Assembly: GCA_051530055.1 (NCBI GenBank) | Contig: CM121342.1 | Location: forward strand, 10,927,480-10,991,479 | Source of the DNA: Neoechinorhynchus agilis | Lineage: Eukaryota; Animalia; Acanthocephala | DNA length: 64,000 nt | Direction: 5' to 3' | In this document: positions 35,737 to 48,479 of the stretch, piece after piece | How positions within the stretch are numbered: the first letter of the stretch is position 1 | How the letters are laid out: each line of letters opens with the position of its first letter | Made by a program: the position numbers and the translations under genes | The notes under the pieces: model-generated | The model's input: only the letters and a program-made list of their open reading frames with translations | Databases searched by the model: none | Told to the model about the DNA's origin: nothing

Positions 35737-38700
35737 ATGTTTCATCTTCAAATGCAGATGTTCATGCTTGGTGCTTTGGACAAGCTAACCAAAGAGCGTG
35801 ACCTACGTCGATCGCAAAATTCCCATCTTCGGAAAGTTTGCCTTCAGTCAGCGGAAGAGCTGCGACGCAGTATTGTTGTAACGGAAAATGGGAATAAACG
35901 CTTGTCCATCAACAGCACTGGCGTTGAGGGACGGCTCAATGATGTATCATACACGGCGGCTGGAGCTCGGATTTTACCATGTCCACCAGAATCAATGGCT
36001 GGTATTGACGTTTGTAAATATTTGCTTCCGTTCGAGTTGGCATGTCAATCTGACAACGCTAAACTCGTTGAGATTGGATTGGATACGATCCAAAAGCTTG
36101 TCGCTTATGGTCATATTTTGGATTCGCAATTCTTTGAAGAAGGAGAAGACAAGAAGATTGTACGAGTCATCGATCGGATTGTTCAGATTGTCTCGGATTG
36201 CTTTCGTGGAGACGGAACCAGTGATGGCGTTCAATTACAGATCATCAAGGCACTATTGACCGTTATGACCTCACAGTACGTGGAAGTTCACGATTCTACG
36301 CTCTTAAAATGCATCCGGACTTGTTTCAATATTTGTTTGATCAGTCGAAATCCTGTGAATCAAACGACTGCGAAGGCCACATTGACGCAAATTGTGAATC
36401 TTGTTTTTATGAAAATGGAACAGTATTCTAGAGCGAGTGACTCGAGTCTAGATGATGTGTCCAGTGACGAAGACGAGGTGAAGGATGTCGTTAAACAAGT
36501 GATTGACGCCGTAGCACGGTTAATTGATTACAAAGATGAACGACTACAGTCACCTTCTCGGTCCAACCATGAATCGAGTGCTATTCAAGAAGGTAAGGCG
36601 ATTCATGTCAGTAGTTTTGTTCTTATACTTTTTTTAAAATGATGACTCCATTGCTTTAAAGTTTAAACGTATCGTAAAATAGTGCCTTAAATTTTTAAAA
36701 ACATATAATGTGTTTTTTTTCGAACGCTACAATATACACTCTATGAATTTTGCTAAGGTTAAAAGAATTTGTCAATTTCAAAGAACTTTTCAAACCATAT
36801 TTAGTTTTGCGATCATTACCCATTTTTCTTCATTGAGCAGAGATCCAATCCGCCGACTCTTACTCAAGAGACGCTTATTTCGTGTTCAATTCCCTCTGTC
36901 GAATATCTCTACGGCCCATTTCGTCCAACGATATTAGTGGAAGTTTGCTTGGATATGAACAACCGCCTGATAGGTAGGAATCACATGTCCAAGAACTTTT
37001 TAACATCCGCTCCTTCTTCGTAGACTTCAACTGCCTTCCGCTTCGATTGACGTCAAATCAAAAATTTTATCACTCCAATTGCTCGTTGCAATCGTTCAGA
37101 ATCCAGGACCTATATTTAGACAATCCTCTCTTCTTCTCTTTATTGTCAGGAACCAGCTTTGCGTTTCATTGTCGGCAAATGGAGTGTCAAGCCTACCGGA
37201 CGTTTACGAATTATCCTTAGCAATATTTGTCTCATTGCTTGCTCATTTTAAACATTACCTGAAACTTCAAATCGAAGTGTTTTTTAAGCAAATTATCTTT
37301 ACAATGATCGAATCGAACACGAGTTCCTTACGCCACAAGTGGCTTAGCATTCAAGCTCTAAAAGCAATTTGCTCAAATAAACAAATAATTCTGGACTTGT
37401 ACGTTAACTACGACTGCAATCTCAAATGCTCTAATGTATTCGAACGGCTCGTCACAGACTTGTCGAGAGTTGCTCAACCAAGATCGGCTCATGAACTGGG
37501 ATGCACACCAGGTCAGGAACATAGTCTTAGAATTTGGGCTTTTGATTGTATTGTAAGTCTTTTAAAGTGTCTAGTAGAGTGCATGGAGCACAATTCCTCT
37601 GGAGATCATGATGATCGATTAATTGAAAGATCAGACAATAGTAGCATTGACGCTTTGAGTCGAAACGCCGAATCGTTATCGAGTGGTGATAGGTACGATC
37701 CTGTCAGAACGCGATGGAAGTAGCCTTCGGGTTTGTTCTTAAAGTATTTTGATCGAAGTTAGCACTGTTGGTTCGAATTCAACTTCCATGTTCGGATAAT
37801 TGCACAGGTCCTTCGATGGGCTGCCCATAATGCTTTAACATCAAAATTTCAACTTTTTTTAATTTTTAATACGTACATTTCTTCAATGCTTGCCTCGTTC
37901 CACCGTGTTTAACAGATCTGGAAGCTGAAAAGAATTTGAAAGCGATCGTCGAATGCGGATTCGATATGTTCAACACTCTTAAGCCATCACGTGCATTCCA
38001 ATACCTTTCCGATCAAAAAATTATTGAACCTACGCCCATTGAAATAGCGAAATTCCTCCACGCGTACCACCATCGTTTAAAGAAGAGTGCCATTGGTGAT
38101 TTGTTGGGTGATGACGGTCGCCTAAGTAAGGAAATCATGAGTGCCTACATTGATCAGATGGATTTTGCTGGTCTTGAGTTTCTGTCCGCGATTCGTAAAT
38201 TTCTATCAGGATTTAGATTGCCCGGAGAAGCTCAGAAAATCGATAGACTCGTGGAGAAGTTCGCTGCCAGATACTGTGAATGTAATCCAACCAACGAGCA
38301 TTTCACAAGCGCCGATGCGGCCTACGTTTTGGCGTATTCGATAATTATGCTTACTACAGACCTTCATAGTCCTCAAGTAAAAAAGAAGATTTCGAAAGAG
38401 CAATATATCGCAATGAACCGGAGCATTAACGAAAGTCAACATATGAGTGAAGAATTTCTGTCTAAAATATATGATGAAATTGCTGCTGAAGAGATCAAAC
38501 TTCCGTTTGATAGCGTCGGACGATCGGGTACACGAAAAGGTCATACTGATGAAAAGAGCAGAAAAGTTCTTTTTAACCTTGAGATGGAACAGGTTCAAAA
38601 GATAGCGAGATCTTTGATGGTAGCTGCTGGAGCGTGCGGTCAAGACAGCAGTTCGTTCATGACTGCATTTCACGCAGAACACATTGGTCATATGTTTAAG

Positions 38701-41565
38701 GTTGACTATCCTTACGTATAATATCTTCCATGAACCTTACGTTTAGATTGTATGGTACCCATCACTTGCAGCCTTTAGCATTGGACTTCAAGATTCCGGG
38801 GATGATGACTATGTTACAAGACTAAGTCTTCTTGGAATTTCGTGTGCGATTCGGATAGCGTCCATGTTTCGGCTTACGGTATGCGCTAACGGGTTTAAGA
38901 CCAAAAGTGCCAATTCGAAATCATGAAATTTCGCTCCTAATTTTAAACACTCGTGAGGATCCCGATGGAAAAATCATTGATTGTAAACTAGAGTGCTAAT
39001 GACGCCCACTTTTTTTTTGAATTTAATTTCTGACTATTGAAATCGACTGTTTAAGGGGCGAATATCGATAGATTTTTAACCGAATTGCTTCACTTCCATT
39101 TAGACAGAATTGAACGCGTTTATTCAAGCATTATGTCGGTTTACGTTGCTAAATTCGTTTTCTCCATTGACGGATATCAAAGCGAAGAACGTTAAGTGCA
39201 TAAAGGCCCTTATATCAGTAGCGGATTTAAATGGAAACTATTTGGGAAAATCATGGCTAGAGATTCTAAGATGCATAAGTCAACTGGATGTGGCTCAATT
39301 GATTGCAACTTTCAATGGTGGCGGCTCATCTGCTAGTTCATTAGTTAATGTGCTCAATATTCGTAGAAGCCGTTTGGATCCAAAAAAGCTTTTTTCATTC
39401 CAGGAGAGTGTGATGGAAGCTAATGCTCAATCAGTCGTGGTCGCAATTGATCGTGTTTTCACAGGAAGCATTTATTTTGACGGTGATGCGATTGTGGAAT
39501 TTGTAAGAGCTCTATGTATTGTATCCGCTGAGGAATTGGCTCTCGATCCACCTCGGACATACAGTTTACAAAAGATAATTGAGATATCATATTACAATAT
39601 GGATCGGGTGAGATTGCAGTGGGCTCGAATTTGGGAACTTGTTTCGGATCACTTTAATCAAGTCGGTACAAGTTCAAACGTATCGGTAGCTGTGTTCGCG
39701 GTGGATTCACTTCGGCAATTGGCTCTTAAATTCCTGGAAAAAGAAGAATTTACCAATTTTCACTTTCAAAAAGAGTTTCTTCGACCATTCGAATATGTGA
39801 TAAAGAGGACTCAATCAAGTGCTGTGCGTGATATGGTCATGCGGTGTGTTATGCAGCTGTCGAGCGCTGAAGCCAAGAATCTAAAGTCCGGGTGGAGAAA
39901 CATTCTCGGGGTCATGCGAGCATCCATCGCATTATCATCACCTAGAACCGGTTCAGAAGCTACGGTTGAAACGTTAGCCGACCTAGCTTTTCAAGCTCTT
40001 ATGACCATTGCGGCCGGAGTAGTTCCTAAACTGTTTATGAACCTTCTCGATTCCCTTCATGATTACGTAAAATGTCTTTCTGAATTTGTTACGTTTTCGA
40101 TTGATGCCATTGATGCTCTAGTTGATGTTGCTCATCATGTCTCTCAAAACTCACACTTATTTCGCATTTTACCAGAAGAACCCAGTGTTCAACGAGATGA
40201 TCGAATTTGGTTTAGAGGATTTTCCCCTGTTATCATCGAACTTGCAGCGGCAGTTCAGCGGTCTGTGTCGAATGAAATCCGTCAAAGAATCATTGATGCT
40301 CTATTCGATATTCTCAATTTGCATGGATCATTGTTTAAAGACCATTGGTGGCAAGAAGCAATCAGTGTCGTAATCCGAATTCTTGACAAGTGTCCTCAAG
40401 CAAACCAAGACGAAATCAATCAATTTTTATCACTTACGTGTCCCTACGTTCTTAAAGCATGCGTAGATCTTCAATGCAGTCGCCATTATGAAGCCCTCAG
40501 ACCGTTTTTTATCTTTAGAATCTACAGAATATGCACATATTTGCTTCAGAAACATGAAAATCGCTCACTGACGCAGTCGATTTGTGAAACAATCCAAAAA
40601 GTAATCAATCATTGCGGAGTAGATTTCGATGAGGGTCAATGGACGTTAACTACTGAATGCTTGACGGGATTATTGGATGCTGTGTTCGCTCACAGGAATG
40701 CTGAACAACGTCTTGTGGTCGTCTCAGCAATTCGAAGCGTTTTTATAGATAATGAGTTGGCACTTGCTGAGGACGCTGCTGTTACGAGTCTCGTCAACGA
40801 ATGCCTAAGTTCGGGTTCAATCGATAGATGTTCTTTGGAGGAAACAATGTCGTATTTGAAACCAGCCTTTGGCGCCGTAAACGATCGGAATAAGTCATTA
40901 GAGTCAACAGGAGGGAAAAGGGTTTGCGGCAAAACACGTAACTCTATTAGATGGGATATCTCTAAAAAAGAAAACCTAGATATTGAACTTTTTGTTTAAA
41001 AAACAAAGGGTGCGATTTGCTTCTCCCGAGTAATCCGATTTATATTTCTTAGGTTGTAATTGTTTGGAAAACGGGCTTATCGAATTCTGACCATAACTTC
41101 AATGTGCTTTATTGGCTCTTAGAATGATTTGTTCCGGTAGGAGAAATCTGTGCAGTGAACGTCATAAAATGTTTCTTTAATCATTGGTCAACATTAAGAG
41201 ATGAGAATGACGATACAAACCGAACAGAACCTAATAAACTCAAATCTCTTCTAATGGATACGTGTCTTCGAATCCTATTTTTGTCCGGATATCGTAGCGA
41301 CCTTCTCGTGTCTATATGTCAGGAATGTGTAAAGGATACGCTCCAATCTGCAAAAAAAGACCATCACTGTATCTATTTGATGCATACCCGATTGTTATTA
41401 ATGGAAAACGATAAATATTTTCGTAGAGTTGCCAACTCAATCGCAGATCTCGACTGCTCGCTTTTGACCGCCGATAAAAGCTTACCTAACCAACAATTGC
41501 GATTTGTGATCACTCAGTGCTTTAAGCGGCTGCTAAAATCAAATAAGAATGAGAGCGAAGCGTGA
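35737..41565 (+). CDS. ARFGEF1: Large Sec7-domain ARF guanine-nucleotide exchange factor, BIG1/BIG2 (Sec71) type
   Basis: DCB YLLPFELACQSDNAKLVEIGLDTIQKLVAYGH. HUS KSKILSLQLL...ILDLYVNYDC. Sec7 FRLPGEAQKIDRLVEKFAARYC and YSIIMLTTDLH. HDS SLQKIIEISYYNMDRVRLQW and FQKEFLRPFE. GT-AG introns traced. ARFGEF1 versus ARFGEF2 is not resolvable. Confidence 0.95.
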
Positions 41566-41857
41566 ATTGAACCAAAAATGGAGACGAATTGTTGTCAGCG
41601 TCATGTGTGGTCCAAGAATGGTTTTTAATTAAACACGAGAAAAGCATTAAGTTTTACAAATACGATGTGCTATTTTAGTCGAAAGGAAAATTCTCAAGAA
41701 ATATTGGTAACTGATCGTAAATGTTCCTTAATGTCAAGTTATTTTTATTTGGATGTTCCATGAAGAATACATCATAATGATTATTTATTTTTGGGATAAC
41801 GAAGCATCCTTGAACCGTCACCGCTCTCGTTATTTTTTAAATCAAATGCCAATGTTA

Positions 41858-41909
41858 TTTTCTGGCGAAGAAATTAAAATAAAATCATTTTAATTTCTTC
41901 GCCAGAAAA
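41858..41909. repeat. Perfect 23-bp inverted repeat with a 6-nt loop
   Basis: TTTTCTGGCGAAGAAATTAAAAT (41858-41880) - AAAATC - ATTTTAATTTCTTCGCCAGAAAA (41887-41909). Confidence 0.9.
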
Positions 41910-42429
41910 CATTCATTAATGAACAATTCAATCTTCAAACAAATGTCAATGTATTGAGCTTTCCTAAATTAGAGCCAATCCGCCAATCGTTAAAATGCCC
42001 ACAGCCGCAGATGATAAAAGGTATTATATTTTATTTGTTGATAGGAGTTAATAAATGAAATTAATATTTTATTGGATATTTCGATCCACTATCTCGGATC
42101 TTCTTCAGCGATCTAAAACACATATAACAGGGATTCTCAATTCACGCGTCACACAACATCCGGAGGGAGTCGCATTATTAATTTGAAATCAGGTTTATTG
42201 CCCTCGAACGTTTCGAACCTATTTATATAAGGATTCGATGACAATACGTTCGAAACGCCGACCATTGCATCCGAAACAAAGCAACTTTCATTGCTCACAA
42301 CATTGGGAATTTATCTTCGCCTGATAAGATTCAAGACTTTGAGAAACAATTTCACCTGAAGTTTAAATTTTTCTTCAAATCCAGGAAGACGGGAAAGGCA
42401 ATTCCAGTGGGAATAGTTGAAACCGACAT

Positions 42430-45400
42430 GGATCAAATGGAAACTCTTTGCTCCCGCACATTCACAAAATTCAAATACAGAATCAAATCTCGTGTAACCA
42501 CAATGCAACATATGCCTACAGTGGGGACACTGGAATCAAAACTGTCCCAATAGAACCCAAAAATGTTGCTTCTGTGCTGAGGATCACCACATGTCCTCGT
42601 GCACAAATAAAACAAGCAAATGTGCCAATTGTGGTGGATCGCACCGAAGTTATTATAAAGGATGCTCATGCTTTAAAGCTTACTTGGAGGCCTGGAAAGC
42701 GGGCTCCGAATTAAAAAGAAATTCGAACAATATAAAGATCGCCCCATCAACACCCTCCTATCACACGAGCAAGATTACGGTTTCGGATAACGCCGGACCT
42801 CCATCCCAACCCGTCTGTAATGAAGAGGAGATATGCCAAAGAATCTTTGACAAAGTCCTACATGAAGTTACTCATCGGATATCAACACTTTTCAACAACC
42901 TGCAGAAACAAATCGCTCAAAAAATACAAAATTTACTCGCCATCACGATTCCGAATGCGATTATAAATCCGACACCGAATAACAATAATCTAGCAGCACC
43001 AGATTCGAATAAGGTCAGCGGTAACCCATCTCCAACGGCCAATCCATACAGGGGAAAGAGACAACCGACTAAAGCTAGTAAAGCAGGTGGAAAAAACTTT
43101 CGTCGCTGGATAAATGAAGGAAATAACAAACTCATCACTAGCGACTCTGATGCTGTGATGGATGTTGTAGAATGACGATGAGTTGGTCCTCGCCAACGCC
43201 GCTTAACCTGCACTGCTTACAATGGAATTCGGGTGGAGCCGCGGCTCTAAACAGGTTTGATATTTTTACTTACATCACAGAAGATGTTATCTGTATTCAA
43301 GAGGCCAAAAAGGCTGCAGTAGGATCCTATGTTTTACCACAAGCATTTTTACTAAAATACGATGTTTTCCCAACATTTCCGTTGAATCATTACTGTAGCG
43401 GTCTCTTAACAATCTTTAAAAAACATCTTTCAGCGTCGCTGATCCAAAATTACATTAGTGAAAATCCTTCCTATGCTATTTTTAAAATTCACGCGAACGG
43501 AAAGGAGTGTATGCTGATTGGCAACATTTACGTACGTCCTAAATTTATCCATAAGAAAGATACGAAGGACATCGTTTGTAAGCTTTGGCAACATCTTTTT
43601 GGTGATTTTTACGACCCTACAGGAGAATGGACCAAAGCTATAGTAAATAGAGAGGGCTCTCATGTATTTTTAACACCCACCCAGCCCACATTTCACAGGA
43701 TATCGAGTAATGTTCATTCTTGGTTGGATGGATGCTATGTCCCATCCAACCGACAGGAAAGCATTACAATTGCAAAACAATGCGATTTATCGGAATCTGA
43801 TAACATGGTACTTATCCAGCGACAAGTCTTTAAGCCACAGATTCCGGTTTTCGCCCATTAACGTAGCTTTTTTCAATTTCGCCATTAAACGCTCCCTTCA
43901 CGAATTTCTGAATCTCCAGGAATGGAATTCTTTACTTTTAATCTCTCAAACAAATTTATCTATTCCCAATCATTTTTCAAGAGGAGCAGTTACCTCAAAC
44001 TATCTTAAATACTGTGCATCCCGAATTAAAAAAGCTAACATGCATCAGGATGCCCCCATGCAAAAGTTTTGGTCCAACAAATACTGGGCTTGCAATTATA
44101 ATCTGCATTTGCAACAACATCGTAGAGTAATGAAGAATCTTTCCTCCTCTACGAAATCCTTTTGGCGGGTTTTGAAGAATTCGAAATTTATCAAATGGAA
44201 GGACAAAGCTTCAAGATGGATCAGATCTTCATCGTATAAGGTGGTATTGTACGACATTTTAGGCAAACTCTCCGTTGGAGCAACAAATGTTTCCCCTACT
44301 AATGATTTGCTAACCCTCCCACTATTGCGATCATTAAATGAAGGAGATTTGCATATGGATGATATTTTAAAAGCATGGGGAAGTATGATAAAGTTGTCAT
44401 CAAATAATTTTTGTGCTTCTAGTAAATGCCTAAGGTGTATAGAACCTTCAATCCGACCCCTAATCGCCTCTTGTATGCTTAGAGCATCTAGAGAGGATTG
44501 GTTGAGCATTAACCTGGCACGGAGAATTCTCCTCGTAAAAGCCAAAAAGAAGGTGGTCAATTCCTCCTCAGATCTTAGGCCAATTTCCATTCAGAACGCC
44601 CTAGTATCTCTTTATGAGAAAGCTCTTGTTATTCGTTTGATGGAATTTTGTAGGGAAAAGGACGTTATAAACCGAAACTGCCACGGTTTTTACCAAGGGA
44701 GATCCGTAGCTTCTGCAACAAGAGCCATCTATGATTCCCTTAGGTACCAAAATTTTAGGTATCGCTGCCTCATTTCATTCGATTTTACCGCAGAGTATGA
44801 CAACATTGATCTTCAATTTTTAATGCACTACATGGTCCTTCTCAACTTCCCACAAGATATTGTAGTTCGTATCAAAGATATTTTAGCCACCAAGTCCTTT
44901 TATTTTGATGACGACGAGGATCATAAAATCTTTTATCCTAAAAATGGTTTACCACAGGGCTCCCCACTATCTCCTATTTTATTTCTAATAGCCATGCAAC
45001 TTATGGCCAATTTCTATAAGGAAGGTGTCAATATTTTTATATATGCTGACGATATAAGTGCAGTTTTATTTACCAACAACTCCTGGGAATTACCTATACT
45101 ACTGAAGGAACTGTTAGCCCATATCAACAAACATGCAGTACTCATGGGCATTGAACTTAACCCTAACAAAACCAATATTATGGCTGTAGCGGGCAGCGGA
45201 TATGTAAATAAGAAACTTAATTTAATAATTAAAAATCAATTTTTACATATTTTAGATCAAACCAACATCGTTGGTCATTTACGTTTTAACAAAATTAAAA
45301 TTTTAGGATACAGTTTTAACGCAAATTTGAATGAAAAGTTAGATATGAAACTTTCTAAAAGAATTTTAATAACTGCCAAACGCTACTGTACAAGAGCGCC

Positions 45401-45480
45401 GAGGCTTCAACTGAGTTATAAAAAACAATATTTTATCTGGAAAACATGGGCAATTACTGTCCTAACCCTTTTTAGTCGCG
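42430..45480 (+). mobile_element. Near-complete two-ORF LINE (Jockey/I-group-like): ORF1 with three zinc knuckles, ORF2 APE plus RT, one frameshift
   Basis: ORF1 CNICLQWGHWNQNC, CCFCAEDHHMSSC and CANCGGSHRSYYKGC (42501-43175; in-frame TAA at 42495 upstream). ORF2 from 43172: WNSGG, DVICIQEAK, SWLD. Frameshift near 43820, then LRPISIQ, GFYQGRS, SFDFTAEYDNID, GLPQGSPLSPILF, YADD. Confidence 0.93.
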
Positions 45481-45599
45481 GTCGTCCACCCGAACAGCGG
45501 CCCATTTTCGGTGAGGCCCTGCTACAAAACGCGTCATTCTTAAGACAAAAAGAGAAAATGGAATTGGTCAAGAGAATGAACTACTGGCTGCAACTATAA

Positions 45600-46285
45600 A
45601 CAAAATTAACTTAAAATCCCATGTTTCACAACTTTGAGCGCTATCACGTGTGCTTATAATATATATTTGTTGTTGTTGAACTAATATCCGTGTTGCGAAC
45701 AACTGATGATTCGTGCTCCTTCATCCGTCGGGTGAAATTGTTGGTCTGCCCCACATAGACCTGTTCGCAACCGGAACACGGAATTCGGTAGACCGCACCA
45801 GATGACTGTTGGCCATTCTTGGGACATATCAATCCGTGTAGAGTGCGTCCCCTCTTTGTGTATACATTTACTCTCTTGACCTCACATCCTCATTTTATGA
45901 TGCGCTCCATAGCAAGATACGAATGATCATCAGGGATTGGCAGTTTAACGTGGATTTCTTCCTTTTTAGACTTTTTCTCCCCATTGAATGCATGACGCAC
46001 ATTCCGAATGCACCGTTCGACAAGATGGAGAGGATAACCATATCGACCTGATAGGTATTTCAGGAAGTCAATCTCCTCGTTACACAACTTGGCGTTGCTA
46101 CAATGTGTAAGAGCACAGTGGATGAGTGACATAATCCTCGAAATTTTGTATTTGCGAGGTTGGGCTGATGTCCATGGCACAAGGCCCACTGGTATACCTC
46201 TCTTTCGGTACACGCTGGTCGTGTAGTTTCCACTGGCTAATCGGTATATCCACACATCCAGGAACGGAAACTGGCCTCTACGAAC
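45600..46285 (-). mobile_element. Penelope-like element fragment: RT thumb plus GIY-YIG endonuclease
   Basis: FPFLDVWIYR...TSVYRK...SAQPRKYKISRIMSLIHCALTHCS, then GAVYRIPCSGCEQVYVGQTNNFTRRMKEH. Confidence 0.92.
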
Positions 46286-46286
46286 A

Positions 46287-46440
46287 CTGAATGGAATTTA
46301 ACTAATAGCGACTGGCGAAAGCTACTGCAGTTTTGCACCAGATTCTGCAACTTCCAGTTCAACGGCATCGACTATGACCAGAAAGATGGAGTGGCCATGG
46401 GCAGCGCGTTAGCTCCTGTGCTTGCTGAGCTGTATAAATC
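46287..46440 (+). mobile_element. Inverted Penelope RT fragment
   Basis: KLLQFCTRFCNFQFNGIDYDQKDGVAMGSALAPVLAELY is the Penelope-type RT motif-4 region, on the strand opposite the adjacent piece. Confidence 0.9.
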
Positions 46441-46686
46441 AATTTGCTTAAACTGGACATAAAAAAGTGTTCGCAACCACGCAAGTAACAAACGTGGAAT
46501 TAAAATGAGCTTTTTTTGTTATTGATGACATCAAATCTTTACTTGTGCCGCGTTTAACGATACCGAAACAAACGAGATTCGATACACAAGCGATTATATA
46601 ATTCTTTTTTATTAGTATTCGTTTGCGCTCTTTCTTGAGCGAATAAGACCTCGCTGTTCATATTCCGAAGGGTATATTTCTCAGTG

Positions 46687-47235
46687 ATGGCTCCTTTACA
46701 AGTTATTCTTTACTTGGCAATTGTTGCTTTAACATCGGCTCGTTCGAAATCCGGAAAATTAGCCAAGTCGTGTTGCTTCGATCCATGCGAATGTCCAATG
46801 GAATGCCCAACGGAATGTCCATGTGAGCCATGCCCGTGTCCGGTGGATACCTGCTGCCTTTGCCCATGTCCGGCTCCTCCGTTCGAATGCGCTCCAGAGA
46901 GAAAATACAGCAAATGTTGCGTTATCGAGATTCCCAGTCAGACTTGTCCAATCCCAATTCCATGTGGATATGTGAAACCAAAGCCACCAAGGAAAATCGT
47001 AGTGAGAAGACCGTGTCCAGTGGCAAGACCATGCCCGAGACCAATTCCTGTGCTTCCATGCAGTATTGAGTACGTTCCAGCGACTCCGTTCCCTTGCCCG
47101 GAAAGACCATTGATGTGTGCCGAGCAATACGGATACCAATGTCCGCCGAATCCGTGCTCTGTATGCTGCTGCAAGGACGAATGCTGCTGCGAACCTTGTT
47201 GCAAAGACGAATGCCGTTTAAGCTGCTGTTGCTAA
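46687..47235 (+). CDS. Secreted Cys/Pro-rich protein, copy A (182 aa)
   Basis: Signal-peptide-like MAPLQVILYLAIVALTSA. About 37 Cys and 36 Pro by manual count; ends CCC-stop. Single exon, ATG at 46687. Confidence 0.85.
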   Translation: MAPLQVILYLAIVALTSARSKSGKLAKSCCFDPCECPMECPTECPCEPCPCPVDTCCLCPCPAPPFECAPERKYSKCCVIEIPSQTCPIPIPCGYVKPKPPRKIVVRRPCPVARPCPRPIPVLPCSIEYVPATPFPCPERPLMCAEQYGYQCPPNPCSVCCCKDECCCEPCCKDECRLSCCC

Positions 47236-48479
47236 AAGGTTCTCTAGATAAATAGCGTAGATTTAGACTGAGTTTCAACTTATTAAATTAGCTTTAAAGT
47301 TTGATTGGAAATTTTGAGCGCATTCGGGTTAAACGAAATCTCATTAGAATTTTAGGAGAAAAAAAATGAGATTTTTGTGAAAATCAATCTCTAAACATTT
47401 GAGAAACAAATGCCGACCACTATTCTTTAAAGTGTTTCTAGAGTCCGATCAACCATGAAGTATAATGAGCAAAACTTTAACGATCTTGGAAATTCCGATA
47501 AGTCAATCGGACAACCGAATGAAAACCAAGGTACTCATTTCGAAGGTGCTTAAAAAGGAAGCTGAAGTTAATTGAATACCAAGGTCGGAAAATTCTACTC
47601 ATCCAACTCAACTCAGCAGAGTTATACACCACGCCAGCTTGTCCATGGATTCGTTATTGTTGACCAATGTTAACCCCGGAAACTCCTCTTATAAAAATTA
47701 TATTGATTGAACCGCGATAATAACAAATCATTGGCGTAAACCTCCTTAAATTGCTAATAACCATGATTCTCCTTTTCTTACTTTTAAAAACAGAAAGGAA
47801 AGATCCGATTATCCGAAGGACCATCCCACAAAGTGGAGAACCGTTTGGTAAGATGATAAATCGTATGAGGGACACCGGAACTATCAGTGACAGTGACCGT
47901 ATCGAAATATAAAAGGATACGAAGCCAGATATTTACAGTCAAGATTAATCTCTGTATCTCCTGGTACGCCAATCTTGAAACCCTTGGTAACGCCCGAATT
48001 AGATTCGACGATAAACGAAAAGTGGAATTGATTTCAAACGAGATTGTCGATTCCAAGAAATGTTTTCGCCTTGAAAATGTGCATAAACTAAACCTTCGAT
48101 CGGTGAAGCTGCCTTAATGATTCCTAAATATCATCACAAGTTTGAAATGCAGTGATTTAATTTCAACGAGTGCAGCACTCGCAAAAAAATGACCGTCAAG
48201 TTATTAAACTGTTTGTTTGATAGAAATTACATTTATATTGAAATTCTAGAGATTGCCAGTGAATGACGCCCCAGATATAAGTCGCGATAACCTTATTTAT
48301 CTCACTCTTTAACTTTTCAATTGTATTTCTTATCTTGATAATCATCGCAAAAAACAAATATTTATCAATAGTTCCATCACAAAGAGGACTACAGCCGATT
48401 TTCGAGACTCATATCGATGATGAAAGTCTTAAACGAATTCTGGCTAAAGATTTACTTTTTCTTATTTATGTCCGTTGTC

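Noticed and set aside
45490-45545. Degenerate hammerhead near the first Penelope fragment (AAAACGCGTC)
   Set aside because: Core positions are mutated and stem II is unconvincing.
46687-47235. Minicollagen or metallothionein identity for the Cys-rich protein
   Set aside because: There is no Gly-X-Y tract and only a partial CxxxCxxxC pattern. A signal peptide, 182-aa length and high Pro content do not fit a typical metallothionein.
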